Positions 48,761 to 61,519 are shown, counted from the first letter of the whole stretch. The stretch is DNA of 63,729 bases, filler included, from Squatina squatina (GCA_031763465.1; 3 parts of 3 records of this genome joined end to end with filler, not necessarily neighbours in it); one strand, 5' to 3'. Notes: a model not told the origin generated them from the sequence alone. Numbers and translations: made by a program.

Positions 48761-50149
48761 ATTGACGACAGTGGACAACGCTCACTCCAACCCGCACAGA
48801 GCGACGTGGCCACCTGCGCCACAAGTTAAAAGATGAAGGAATGGCCGAGTGTGGCCANNNNNNNNNNNNNNNNNNNNNNNNNNNNNNNNNNNNNNNNNNN
48901 NNNNNNNNNNNNNNNNNNNNNNNNNNNNNNNNNNNNNNNNNNNNNNNNNNNNNNNNNCAGCTGCCTGTCCTTGAGGTCTGTAACATGATCTACCTCTCCA
49001 AGTGTCGCAGGGCCCATGCCTGGTCTGTAATGGTGGAAGTTTAGCCAGCGATCCCATTTGTCTCCGGTCTCTGACCATAAACTTAATTTCTATCCCCATG
49101 TTGTTAGAAGCAGGGAAATAAAGTAACAAATTGTTAACAGTCCAGGCCACAACACGAGCTAGTCACTCAAAATAATTACCTTACCAAGACTTGGTAAATG
49201 ACTTGCTCACCATTGCAGAGTGATGTGGCAGATGCTACATCAACTAGCTTGGAAGTAAGCTCCCGCCCCATCCCACTTATTGACCATGTGTAATGTTGGA
49301 TTTATTCTGAAGCTGGGATGTCTCTTTGGGCAGAAAATCACTTGTATGGGGAGGAAATCCTTCACGCATTTGTCTGCAGTTTTAGGCAAAGACCAGTTCT
49401 GTCACTCTGAGTTGCAGAATACATACGCTGTTACTGCTATAAACTCTTTGTTTTTTGTCGAAAACATTCCGACTGGTTGCAGAGTCATTGTGATCACTTA
49501 AGTCTATATTTCCACCTGGCTAATTTAAGAACAACATTTTTTCTCTCCCCTAGTGTATGTAGAGTGTCATCTGAGCTCTTCTCTTCTGCCCTGCCTCTCC
49601 CCTCCCCAGCAATGCTTTCAACGATTACATTTTCAAAAGGTCTTCCAGGTCATGTCAGTGTTGGCCGTACTCCGAGCTGTGTTAAAGTAGCAGAGATTGT
49701 GTACGAGAAAACTCTCAAAAGCTGTGCATTTAAATAGAATATTCACAGAACTGATGCTCTAAGCATGGGTTTCAACTGGTTGTGTGTCTATATTTTCCTG
49801 CTTTAGATCCAATTCAGTGGTCAGTGGACCAGGTGTTGCATTGGGCCGTGTGGGTAATGAAGGAGTTTGAGAATTAAAGGAGCCATGCACACTGTAGTAA
49901 TGCAAACTAAAAGGCAGTGAATCAATACATTTTTCAGCCCTTTCTGCCTTTTAAAAATATTCAACATTTAAAAGAAGTTCCAAATGTGAATATTCAGCTG
50001 TTAAAGCTGAATTACTTTCTTAACCTCAACAAATGGAAAAACTGCCTCAGCACTAACACAAATGGCTCAGCAAGCCAGGGCAGGGGCACCCAGTGTCTCA
50101 CCACAACAGTCCAGCAGGGGGTCAACACTGAAAGACTGGCCCTCTACCC

Positions 50150-50631
50150 ACATGTCACTGAGCGGCTGCAGGACATTCTAGAGGGGGAGGGTGAACAGCC
50201 AGAGGTCGTGATCCACATTGGTATCAAAGACATAGTTAAGAAGAGAGATGAGGTCCTGCAAGCAGATTTTAGGGAGCTAGGAGAGAGATTGAAAAGTAGG
50301 ACCTCAAAGGCAGTAATCTCAGGATTACTCCCAGTGCCACGTGCTAGTGAGCACAGGGATAGGAGGATAGACCAGGTGAATGCATGGCTGGAGAGATGGT
50401 GTAAGAGGGAGGGATTTAGATTCCTGAGGCTTTGGAACCATTTTTGGGGTAGGTGGGACCTGTATAAGCTGGACGGGTTACACACCAGCAGGAGCGGAAC
50501 CAATATCCTTACAGGGGTATTTGCTAGTACTGTTGGGGAGGGTTTAAACTAACTTGGCAGGGGGATGGGAACCTGAGCGGGGAGTCAGAAGAGAGGGAAA
50601 CAGAGCTAGAAATGAAAGACAGAAAAGTAGA
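50150..50631 (+). mobile_element. CR1-like LINE ORF1 (SGNH esterase-like) C-terminal fragment
   Basis: VTERLQDILEGEGEQPEVVIHIGIKDI...VISGLLPVPRA...VNAWLERWCKREGFRFL...LYKLDGLH...GEGLN* shows the block III and DGLH motifs of CR1 ORF1 esterases. Confidence 0.88.
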
Positions 50632-50731
50632 NNNNNNNNNNNNNNNNNNNNNNNNNNNNNNNNNNNNNNNNNNNNTTAATTAATTAANNNNNNNNNNNNN
50701 NNNNNNNNNNNNNNNNNNNNNNNNNNNNNNN
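50632..50731. other. Artificial scaffold linker N44-TTAATTAATTAA-N44
   Basis: Same structure as 25483-25582. Confidence 0.95.
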
Positions 50732-51071
50732 ACCCTGACGCTGCCTGGGGCCGCCTCGTTCAGGTAGAGCTGGGTCAGGTTGGTGATGGCATACGTGGTG
50801 TAGGTGCCGTGCCCGATGTAGCCGATGGGGGCGACGCGGGCTCTGAAGGCGGCCGGGCCGCTCCAGTCGCGGAAGGTCTGCTCGATCAGCACAGTGCTGC
50901 TGTATTGGAGCAGCGCCACTCTGGGCACCAGCCGCCGGCCGCTCGACACTTGTAGCTGCTGCAGCCGCTCCACAAAGTCCAGCACGAAGCTCTTCTCCCG
51001 GTTGTGGTTGAAGTCCTTGGCGCTTTCCGAACTGTCCAACAAGAATGCAATCTCCAAACTGCAATCCTCCT
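50732..51071 (-). CDS. Collagen XXVIII-family N-terminal VWA-domain exon (3'-truncated by linker)
   Basis: acttttcag|AG GAG; EDCSLEIAFLLDSSESAKDFNHNREKSFV...VALLQYSSTVLIEQTFRDW...YIGHGTYTTYAITN; DxSxS MIDAS motif; resembles COL28A1 VWA1 (VFIVDSSESSK...LAALQFSSSV...IGQGTFSYYAISN); paralog not resolved. Confidence 0.88.
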
Positions 51072-51479
51072 CTGAAAAGTGGGAAAGAAAAATTGATTGA
51101 TTTTTTGGAGCGGTTATTTTGTAACCTGAGGAATTGCAACATTGAGCCGAAGTGAAACAAACATAATCCAACTTTCAATAATTTCACTTGGCTTCACTAT
51201 GTATTTCCTTCACAGAAAGACAGGCGGTTTGTCAGCACAACGTTTACACAGTGAAGTAGGTTGTTAGGTGGCTTTGATAATGAACACTTCTTGTATCGTT
51301 CTTGTCTCGAAGTCCACTTTGCGCCAGGTGCAGTGCACAAGCCTGAGGGTTTTCCCTACGGTCCGTGCACAGTTAAACAGATAAAACAGAAGTTAAGAAT
51401 GAGAAAAGATGGGCTGAGAGCAATGAGTGCGAGCAAGTGTCAAATAAACACAAAAAGTTAAATAAAAGTCGGATATGAC

Positions 51480-51633
51480 CTTGTTCATTTTCTCCTGGTG
51501 CATTAGATGAGAGATACTTATTTTTTTGTCTTCGAACCAAATTTCCGTCCCCTCGTACTTCATAGTCTTGTGTTAAAACGTACTGGTATCCTGTCCACAC
51601 CAGGAGCCACCAGAGCTGGTAGAACGCTTTCAT
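51480..51633 (-). CDS. Probable first coding (signal peptide) exon of the collagen XXVIII-family gene
   Basis: tatag|GGAGA ATG; MKAFYQLWWLLVWTGYQYVLT-QDYEVRGDGNLVRRQKNKYLSSNAPGENEQ; 154 bp ends in phase 1, compatible with the VWA exon across a 408-bp intron; donor AAG|gtcata is weak. Confidence 0.7.
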
Positions 51634-52928
51634 TCTCCCTATAATAATAAATCTGCATTTAAAAGTGTCATTACACAACAGATCAAGTTCACGAACCCAC
51701 ATGTCCGTTTTGATATATTAAATGATATAGTTGCATTGCAAATTACAGTGTGTCACATTCAATTAGCAGATTAAACATACTGATAGATTCGAGCTACCTT
51801 TGCTGCAGAATTGCATAAAGTTAACTTTCGCAACCGCGCAGAAGTAACTCGACAAATTCTGCCAAGTGTCGTAGGCTGCTGCGAATTTGAAAGAAAGTTG
51901 GATTTTCTGTAAATTATAGGAGTTAGAGCACTGTACAAAGTAACATTTACCTGTGGGGAGTTCTCAACTGCCTTTCGTCTCCACTGGATTGAAAAGCAAA
52001 ACGGGTGTTAACAGGGTAACTCTGGCCAAGTGTCCGAGGTCTTTCAATTCATTCTCTGGNNNNNNNNNNNNNNNNNNNNNNNNNNNNNNNNNNNNNNNNN
52101 NNNNNNNNNNNNNNNNNNNNNNNNNNNNNNNNNNNNNNNNNNNNNNNNNNNNNNNNNNNGAAACCGATTGCTATGTGGAATTTAGCACTGCATTCTGGCT
52201 AGTATTACAGGTTAGAATCTTGTTTAAAGCGAACATCTGCTAGGTCAGAGGTTAACCAGCATATAGGTTGTGGTCGTGTGTATGATATGATGTGTGTTTG
52301 GTTAGAATAATACTGCCTGTCTAGCAAAAGGCATGAGTGTCACTATTACCTAAGACAGCTGTGTTCTGAGCTGTAGAGTTTCATTACCTCCTGTAGGCTT
52401 AAAACAATCAGTATAATGGAGCTGTCAGGTAGGAATGATGAACTGAAGTTATGACTGAAAATCAGTATCTGCCTCAGCCCTCCGAGTCAAAATTTATAAT
52501 CGCCAATATGTTTGTGGTCAATTTAATATATATAGAATAATGACTACTTGTTAGTAGTTATGTGGTTGAAATGATGGCATAATTCATGAGGGTTTTGCTC
52601 TCTTATTTCATAAATATTAACTAAACTACTTATTTGATTACAACCTTTAACTCAGTATCCATGTTTGTTATTTCAAAGGATGTGTACACATTTTACAGTA
52701 TGTTGAAGAGGCTTTGTCACCACTTTAAAGTTAGAAGGAAAATGTTATTCCTACTGTCGATTCTTTTTCTTAGGCAGTCCCTCGGGTTCGAGGGTGACTT
52801 GCTTCCACTCCGGAGTTGTGGGTTCTGANNNNNNNNNNNNNNNNNNNNNNNNNNNNNNNNNNNNNNNNNNNNNNNNNNNNNNNNNNNNNNNNNNNNNNNN
52901 NNNNNNNNNNNNNNNNNNNNNNNNNNNN

Positions 52929-53335
52929 TATTTCCCTTTCATAAATCCATGTTGACATTGTCTAATCCCGTTGATACTTTCCAAGTGTCCTGTTATCACA
53001 TCCTTTGTAATAGATTCTAGCATTTTCCCTACTACTGATGTTAGACTAATCGGTCTGTAATTCTGTTTTCTCTCTCCCTCCTTTTTTAAATTGTGGGGTT
53101 ACATTTGCCACCCTCCAATCTGCAGGCACTGTTCCAGAATCTATAGAATTTTAGAAGGTGACAACCAATTCATCCACTATTTCCATGGCCACTTCCTTTA
53201 GTACTCTGGGATGTAGGTTATCAGGCCTTGGGGATTTGTTGGCTTTCAGTCCCATTAATTTCTCCAGCACTATTTATTTTACTAATACTGATTTCCTTCA
53301 GTTCGTCCCTCTCACTAGGCCCTTGGTTCCCTAAA
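52929..53335 (-). mobile_element. CR1-like LINE reverse-transcriptase fragment
   Basis: ...YRPISLTSVVGKMLESITKDVITGHLESINGIRQCQHGFMKGK. Confidence 0.88.
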
Positions 53336-53344
53336 ATGTCCCAT

Positions 53345-53785
53345 CTTTTGCCGCTCGGTGTTGAAGTGGTCCTCCAACTTTGCTGCTTCAAAGCCTCCCC
53401 GCGGGTCGTCTTCATCTGATGAGGCCTGCTGCTGCTGCGCCTCCTCCAAATGCAGGCTTCTCTGGCTGGTTAAGTTGTGCAGGATGCAGCTCAACACTAT
53501 GATGCAGGGGACTCTGCATGGAGTATATTACAGGGAACCCCCAGGACTGCGCAGATGGCTAAACCTTTATTTTAGCTGCCATGTGGTGGCTCAATATTCA
53601 TCCTGGTGGTCTCTTGGCTTTGATTATACCTGTGTTGCTCATGTGTTGTGGGGTTGCAGAGGGGTGTTATAAGCCATATGTAGGGGGTATCCCTTGTCTT
53701 CCAGTAGCCATTCTATAACATTGGTGGAAGGGTCAAAAGGGATATTTGAGTGTTGCAAAATAAAATTATCATGATAGCTACCTTA
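53345..53785 (-). pseudogene. Decayed PIF/Harbinger DDE transposase (HARBI1-like), C-terminal half
   Basis: With stops/frameshifts: GSYHDNFIL...WLLEDKGYP, WLITPLCNPTTHEQHRYNQSQETTRMNIE, LK*RF...GGSL*YTPCRVPCIIVLSCILHNL, then an acidic tail. Confidence 0.85.
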
Positions 53786-54841
53786 CATGATCCTGTTTCT
53801 ATGATTGGACACTACCTGGACATTAATGAAGTGATAGACTTTCCTATTCACAGCAGGCAAATGAGATACATGGTGCCAAAGGGCCTGAAGTGAAGAGCAA
53901 AAAAAAAACTCCCATTGAAGACAAAATAATTACATGTCAGTTGTCTCCATTGGGTAATGTGTATTCATGCCAATTTTCACTTATTTTCCAAGCAAAACAG
54001 TACAAAAAGAGCACACAAGAATTTCACTGCCTCAGCCCCTCCATATATTTCTCTACATACCTTTCTGCTTCATTACATTATCTGTTCTGCTAGTTTCCTT
54101 TGTCTCTGAAACTGACTGTAATCACCTGTTGCTACAGGCTCTGGCCTGCCCCTCTTTATAACATGCAGCTGTCTACAGTTTGCTGTGAACTGACAGTACT
54201 GTCAGGGTGATCCAAGTGAAAAGTTGAGTAGATGTTGCTTTGCTGCAGGTGGGATTGTACCACACTTGAACGCATTTTATTTAGAATTTAAACTTACCAT
54301 CCATTGCACACGTGGATTTGATTATAATTAGTATTGCTCCATCAATAGGTATTGGCAAAGCCGGTGTATATAAGAAATGAAAGTCCTAGGGCTATATTAC
54401 AAAAAGTAACTTTAGGCTCCAAATTCTTTTGATAGAAAATGAAGAATGCCTGCTTTTGTCTGAAATTAACAGCCCACTGATGGTATAACAGAATGTCATG
54501 GTTTGAAGTGTTCAATTTATGAAAATGCATTTTTGTGGTTTGCTTATTTCATAGAAAAGCAGACAGTTCCCCATCAATCATTAACGGACAAATTTTGGTC
54601 CCTTCTCGTCCCTTTCCCCCATCCTTACATCACGCTATGACGGCTCAGGAAAGCCGATATGATTTTAACAGCAGAAGGAAGCAAACCGATGAAAAAACTT
54701 TGTACAGTCGTGAATACAGCAAACCTGAATGGCACCGTGGAGGCATGCCTATGAAGAATCCCACAAGAGGACTAAGTAACTCATGAATGCTGAAGTAAGT
54801 TGTGAAAACTGCATCTTATGTGGGATGATGTTCAAAAGTTA

Positions 54842-55120
54842 GGGCGCCCAATTCGTCCTTTTGTTCAGCGTTAAACTAGCGTTAAATCGGCATTAACAGC
54901 TTAATGCTGATTTTGGGCAATAAATAAAACACTGGGAAATTCATCCCCCTTAACGCTGGCGCTAAATGGGCGTTAAACTCAGCGTTACAGGCCCCCAATG
55001 ACATCATCAGTAGGCAAAACGCCCAAAGTGGCCACCCGCTGGGAAATTCGATAAGGCTGATGAGCCGTAAAACTAGCAGTGACAATGCCCAGTTATTTGG
55101 GTGCTGTCACCCGCTGGGGA
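54842..55120 (+). mobile_element. Terminal segment of non-autonomous DNA transposon, family B
   Basis: TTA followed by GGGCGCCCAATTCGTCC; homologous to the reverse complement of 27080-27358. Confidence 0.65.
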
Positions 55121-58100
55121 GTGATGGGTAAAGTCTATTTTTAAGAAAATCAGTGTNNNNNNNNNNNNNNNNNNNNNNNNNNNNNNNNNNNNNNNNNNNN
55201 NNNNNNNNNNNNNNNNNNNNNNNNNNNNNNNNNNNNNNNNNNNNNNNNNNNNNNNNTCAATGAATCATGGTAAATAAATACATATTGTAGTTGCACTGTT
55301 TGTGCAATATTTTCAGAAGAGATTACAACATTTTCAGAAGCTGTTACCAGGTTATTAATATTTTGCAAAGTTTAGTCATCTTTTTATATAGGTTGATGCA
55401 GCTTGGCTGTTAACAGTCTTTTGAACATGAATACATTTATATCATATAATAAGAACAGGCATGATACCCAAGATTATGAGGAAAGTCTTTGGTTATATCA
55501 CACCACATGATAAGAAGGGCAGTGAGATTCAAGATTCAGTTTTTGTTTGCTACTAAGAAACTGCACATGCAAATATTGCTTTGTTAAAAATGTGATCATG
55601 AATCATGAGCAAAATTCTTAATACATCTTGTTAACTTTGTGACTATTGTAAAAAATTGGTTAGATGTTGCAAAACAATTTATTTCAATCAGGTTTCATAA
55701 ATCATTGACAAAACAGGCATTGAAATTTTCATACCAAGTGAAGATGAGTTTATTCCACTGAAACGTACATTGGACATTGATGAAAGGTGTAGATCTTTGT
55801 TAATAGTTTTATAGTTTATAGAATAATTTGATGAACTTTTTTTTAACAGAAATAATTTACATGGCTATCCAGGTTAGCAGAATGGATGAAAAAGTTGTGT
55901 TTTAAACTTGAATACATTTTCCATAGAATAGCAATTTTTGCAACATAAAATGTAAAATGCTGAAATCCATATTAAATGCACTGGGTAATTAGAGTTACTT
56001 GGATTATATCAGGTCCACATTAAATGTTTAATGTATGATTTTGAAGTATAATTACATCATCACTGCTACGTATATGTCAATTTTTACATCATAATAATTT
56101 GAATTTAAAAACACAAACACAGAAAAGAAGGCAACAAAAATCTGGTCAAAACTAATTCATAAATGGGCTGAATAGTTTGGCATGATCATACACAGCACCA
56201 TTTTTCATGTCATTGTTAAAATATTTTAAATACAACCACAGAATTATGTTGCAGAAATTAGGCTTCTTCTTTATTAAAAGTCCATAACTAGTTCACATCA
56301 TTGGAACATAATACTTTAGGCAACTATATCATGGAAATTATTTCAAATACCGTGTATTTAAATGACATAATGAGTAAATTCAACCTATTTCATGGTAGCT
56401 TTAGATTAAAGCCTTAGTATATGAAGGAAAAGTGAAACCCTTTAATTAGACCAACCATACAGAGTTTTAATCTCACAAAGTCTGCTATATGCAATAAGCA
56501 ATTTTACTTGTTACAAATCTAATTTTGTATCATATAAAATCTAGATTGAACTTAGTTTACATCTTTTACAGATGCATTCATTCCAGGGTAGTCAGTATCA
56601 TGTTATTCAACATACTGTGGGTTCAAGTTGTAGTTNNNNNNNNNNNNNNNNNNNNNNNNNNNNNNNNNNNNNNNNNNNNNNNNNNNNNNNNNNNNNNNNN
56701 NNNNNNNNNNNNNNNNNNNNNNNNNNNNNNNNNNNTATTTTTCTCAGATCCTAAAGACTATTTTGTGAATAAATGTAGTGTTGTGATGTTTGCCATGTGA
56801 AGTATATCTGGGGGTCGTGTAATTTGTTACCATAAGCACATCTGGAAATGTTTTACTGTTCACTCAGAATTGTGCTGCGAGCAATCTGCTCTCCGGAAAG
56901 CTGCAGTCTACAAGGTTAATTACAGGATCAACTTCATACAGAAGGACTAACAGGGAATGGAAACTAATAAATGTAGGGCAACATTTGTGACAATATTATA
57001 TTACAAAATTATTCTTTTTTACAGAACACATTCAAATTTAATGCAATGTTCTGGTGTACTTGTTTAAGTTTGATGTTATGAACAAAATGCAAGAACTTGA
57101 AGGTTTTTGAATTCATATTTTGTGAAAAATTGTTTATTGTTTTCTGGGTCAAATAAATGTTTTACTTCATTAGCATATTTTGAATGACCCTATATAGAAG
57201 GCTTTCACATGGCAAGAGTTGTACAAATATTCTATTTAATATAGGAAGACATGCAGAAATCTAAGTTCAGCGTATACAGTTCCAAAGGAAAATGCTGGCA
57301 TATATTAGGTATGTAGTCGTTACGGCTCCTTTTCTCTGATTCTCTGGGATCCAAATACTGATGTCCTGAGGCAAATTTTATATGTATGTGAAAATAGAAC
57401 TCTTTTTGTATTTAGATGTTATTACTTACCAGTAGGAGAATACATTTAAAAACATAACAAAAATTGAAATTAAAACTGTTTACTTTANNNNNNNNNNNNN
57501 NNNNNNNNNNNNNNNNNNNNNNNNNNNNNNNNNNNNNNNNNNNNNNNNNNNNNNNNNNNNNNNNNNNNNNNNNNNNNNNNNNNNNNNGAATCGAAAAATG
57601 CATATATTATATAAATATGGTCTTTATGGTTCCAAGCATAGCCCATGTCACTGGGGCATTAGTAAAGCTGCAAGAGGACCCTGAAATTTGTGAATTTGAC
57701 ACCTGCGGGAGTCCAGTAGGATCCCTGGACAACCCAGAGGGTCGAGAATTCGGGGATCTAGGGGTGTCCTACCTGGGTCAGATGGTGTCTGACCAGGGGC
57801 CAGCAGGGGGTACTGATGTGGTACCAGAAGGGTTACAAGCGTAAAATGTAGAGGTTGTAGTAAAAGGACATAATGTGCTTAGTATTAAAATATATTTAAG
57901 GTGTTGATATTGCAGTAGTATTACCATAACCCTTAAATGTATGTGGAAATTATGTTAGAAGCTATGCTGGTAGCCAGCCAGGGTAATCGCAAGGCATGAT
58001 GTTAAAAGTAGTGCTTTAGCAGCGTTAACATAAACATGTTTCTCTTGAAATCCTGAAACAGGAATAATGAGCAAAAATAAGGGTAACTGAAAGCTAGATA

Positions 58101-60088
58101 AAACAACTGGGAACCAATGAAAATGTTTTATTCAGAATTCCATCAGTTCTAAACGGGTTAAAGGAAGAATTGTCACTTCACCTTCAATTTGAATCAACAT
58201 CAATTTCCAGTGAGATCCTGTTGCTGACAAGTCCCAGATGGTCACCAGCTTATAGTTTCTTTCATTTCAGTCAATCTTCTCATCATTTTCTTGGACAGAA
58301 TAATTGAATTAGAAATATATTTTGCATCTGACTCGTATTTGACTTAATCAAAATAGGCTGTTCAAAGAATCTGTAATCCTGATATTTTCCACTGGGTTAA
58401 CTGACATAGCATCAACCAATTCAGAAATAAGTGCAGATAAACAAAGGAGCTGAAAATGCAATCAAAGCCTGACAAACATAATGAGCATAGTCACTTATAG
58501 TTTTGAAGTTGGAATTAATAGGAATTAATACTGCCTGTCATTTCTCAAATGATGAATTTAATATATTTAGAAATTAAGATGACAATGAAGCTATTTGGAA
58601 CATCTGCTCAGACTCCTTATGACTCCTTAAAACAGTTCAGCTATATTTTCCTGGATTCTATGTGTGACAAATGTTTGTACTTAAACTGTTTACAATATCT
58701 TAACATATTATTTGGTAAAATATGCAAATATACAAATTAATACAATAGAAAATCATAACATGCAAAAGGTCCATCTGGTCTTTTTTATGACNNNNNNNNN
58801 NNNNNNNNNNNNNNNNNNNNNNNNNNNNNNNNNNNNNNNNNNNNNNNNNNNNNNNNNNNNNNNNNNNNNNNNNNNNNNNNNNNNNNNNNNNATGGCATAT
58901 ATTTATACAATACAACTGAGTCAAAAATCATGGCTGATGTCAGAAGGCAGCATGATGGAAGATTTCACAGTGCAACATCATTATACAAAATTAAAATGGC
59001 CTCCAAGGGTTAAAGGCACCAGAGTTTTCTGATTCTTATTAATTAAGAATGCCTTAAGCATAGCCTTATGATAAATTATACCATGCTACAAGTTAGGTAG
59101 TGCATAATCTAGTTTATCCTTCTAAAAATAACCTTACTGGATATATCTATATATGTATTGAAAAGCTCATATTGCAAATAACCTTGTTACACTTTTGTAC
59201 TTGTAAGATTCTAGCCTAACTTGTTTATTTTAGACACAGTACTTGTCTTATATTGGTTTCTTTCTTTGTAATGTAGTACCTTCTAGACATTGCCAGTGAA
59301 AGAAACAATTATGTGCACATATCTCTTGCCAAACAGCACAGCAACAACCCTACACAGCATTATTCACACAGAAAAACCTCGAGATACCTGAAAGACTACC
59401 TACCTCATAGGATTTTCTTTGTTCAGTGTTGCAGAATGGATGAAATGGCCATCACTGATTGGTTTCCTGCAATACAGGTGATGATAATGTAGTGTACATT
59501 AACCAAGGCATCAGGCAATTTAAAAAAAAATAAAGGCTTACCAAGAACCTTAGATCCATATCTATTTATAATAAAATAAAAACACTTGGAACAGCTTTTG
59601 GTCTGGCCCTGTACTATGGTGAGCTGACCAAAGCTGAAGATTTATGTAAAAATGATCATCAGCAGTAGCACACACTGACATTCATTCATGGCCCATGAAT
59701 ACTGCAGGTGTGATGAACACATTACGATTCTGGCAGCTGTGCTTTGCTTCTGCTGTTTGGTGGTCTTCTCTTCACTGCAATTCCCCACTGCCTAAACAAA
59801 TCAATAACCCAAGCCTCTGTCAAAACAAACTGCAAAATCCTGACTGCAGATGGAAATGTGTGGCTGCAGGCTGGGATCTTAACAGAAAGAACATTCAAGG
59901 AAGAAACCATGTAAGTAGTAGGAAAAAAATGCTACCTTCTGACAGTTAACCCTCTGAATACTGAAAAAACCTTTTTCAATTTTCAAAANNNNNNNNNNNN
60001 NNNNNNNNNNNNNNNNNNNNNNNNNNNNNNNNNNNNNNNNNNNNNNNNNNNNNNNNNNNNNNNNNNNNNNNNNNNNNNNNNNNNNNNN

Positions 60089-60572
60089 CGGCGTTAGAAA
60101 TGCTGCATCAGAAACACGTTGCGCACTGACGTCAGCAGCAGAGCCAGACCTCCCTTAAAGGTGCCCGGCAGCCAGACACTGGGACAATGGTGACCAGGCC
60201 ACCAGCTGAGGGCCGCCATCTTTCCGCTGACTAGGAAGTTGGCCGAAAAGTAAAGCTAGTGGCCGGAGGTGCAGACGCCCTCCCCTTTAACAGCCCCATT
60301 GCAGCGACAGGTTTTACTGTGGCCGCCTCCCATGGTTGAATTTTGCCCACGGGACACAAACGGAGCGCTATGGGCGTCGCGGATGCACGGTGCAAGTTGG
60401 CGCGTGTTTTGATGATGTCACGCGCCGGCCCGCTGTGAAATTNNNNNNNNNNCCTTAGCTGAATTTCCCAGGAGGCAAGATGGCCGCCTCCCAATGCCTT
60501 TTTTTTAAAACGTCCCATTAGCGCCCCTCGGAGGCACTAAGGGGGTGTTACAGGAGCTCAGTTTCGGACCCC
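60089..60572. mobile_element. GC/CpG-rich MITE-like element, right part
   Basis: Abrupt CpG-rich block in AT-rich DNA ending ...tttcggacccc TAG; shares ttagcgcccctc with 2163-2175. Confidence 0.45.
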
Positions 60573-61519
60573 TAGTGTTTTGCTCACAGTTTCTGAGATA
60601 ATCTGAACCTTCTCAATGAACTGAACACTTTGTAATCATTCACAGATATCACTTTTATTCTATAAATTATTTAGCTATTCCTTTTTCATGTAATCACTAC
60701 ATTATTCTTTTTCTTAGTCATATATATATAATGAAGAATAATCTCATCTACAGGTTGGGTCTGTGAACTATTGCTAATTATAATACCTCTATCACTTATC
60801 CTTGTACTCAACACGATTTTGAAAGTAATACTTATGAAGAACAGATTGATCATTTACAAACTCTTCTTCACAAAAGTTAACAATAGAGATCCTACAAACA
60901 ATGAGAAGCCCCCATCATCATTAAAGCAATTCAAAATAGCAATCCATCATCACTGTTTAGTTGAGTAGAGTTACTTTAATTATAGGCTCTGTGACTGCAT
61001 CCAAATACCATGATTAGCATAGTGTAATCAGTAGCCACTCTTCTCTCAAATTATACAACTGTTCTATTTTTGCACTTGGCAACAAAGGAATGCATATCAG
61101 GAGCCTTTATTGAGAACAGGTCTGTTTGACATAGCAATTGATCACTGCCTCAATTTCTACTAACATACCATGAGCATTACATTCATGGCAAATATAGTCT
61201 ATTTGGCCCCGGAAAAAAAATTACAATTTGGCTGCGAGGACGGAACAACCTTGCAATGCGAATTCCTCCGCTCAGGACGCAGTCAAATTATCCTCCCTCA
61301 TTCATTACCAGTTTCAGATGGAAGTGCAGCGAAACAGGTGAACAAGCAAATGACACAAAAGTACCACTCTGCATACACCGGAGCAGCCTTATATCAGACA
61401 CAACTGAAATATACTAGCCTAGAAATTACTCTGTTTTGGGTGCAAGCGGGCACAGGAAGCTATCCTTGTGACTAAGTGGTGAGGTCCGAGGCACATCCGA
61501 TATTATCAAGCCGGCGAGC

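Noticed and set aside
49917-50552. 211-aa ORF as a host esterase gene
   Set aside because: The C-terminal part is CR1 ORF1; the N-terminal part is chance read-through of flanking DNA from a non-ATG start
53345-53785. Host gene HARBI1
   Set aside because: Contains stops and frameshifts and lies beyond two linkers from ATG13/AMBRA1; it is a transposon relic
54535-54800. Possible exon ending at gaa|gtaagt (about 54794)
   Set aside because: All three plus-strand frames hit stops before the donor and no protein is recognisable; at most a non-coding exon
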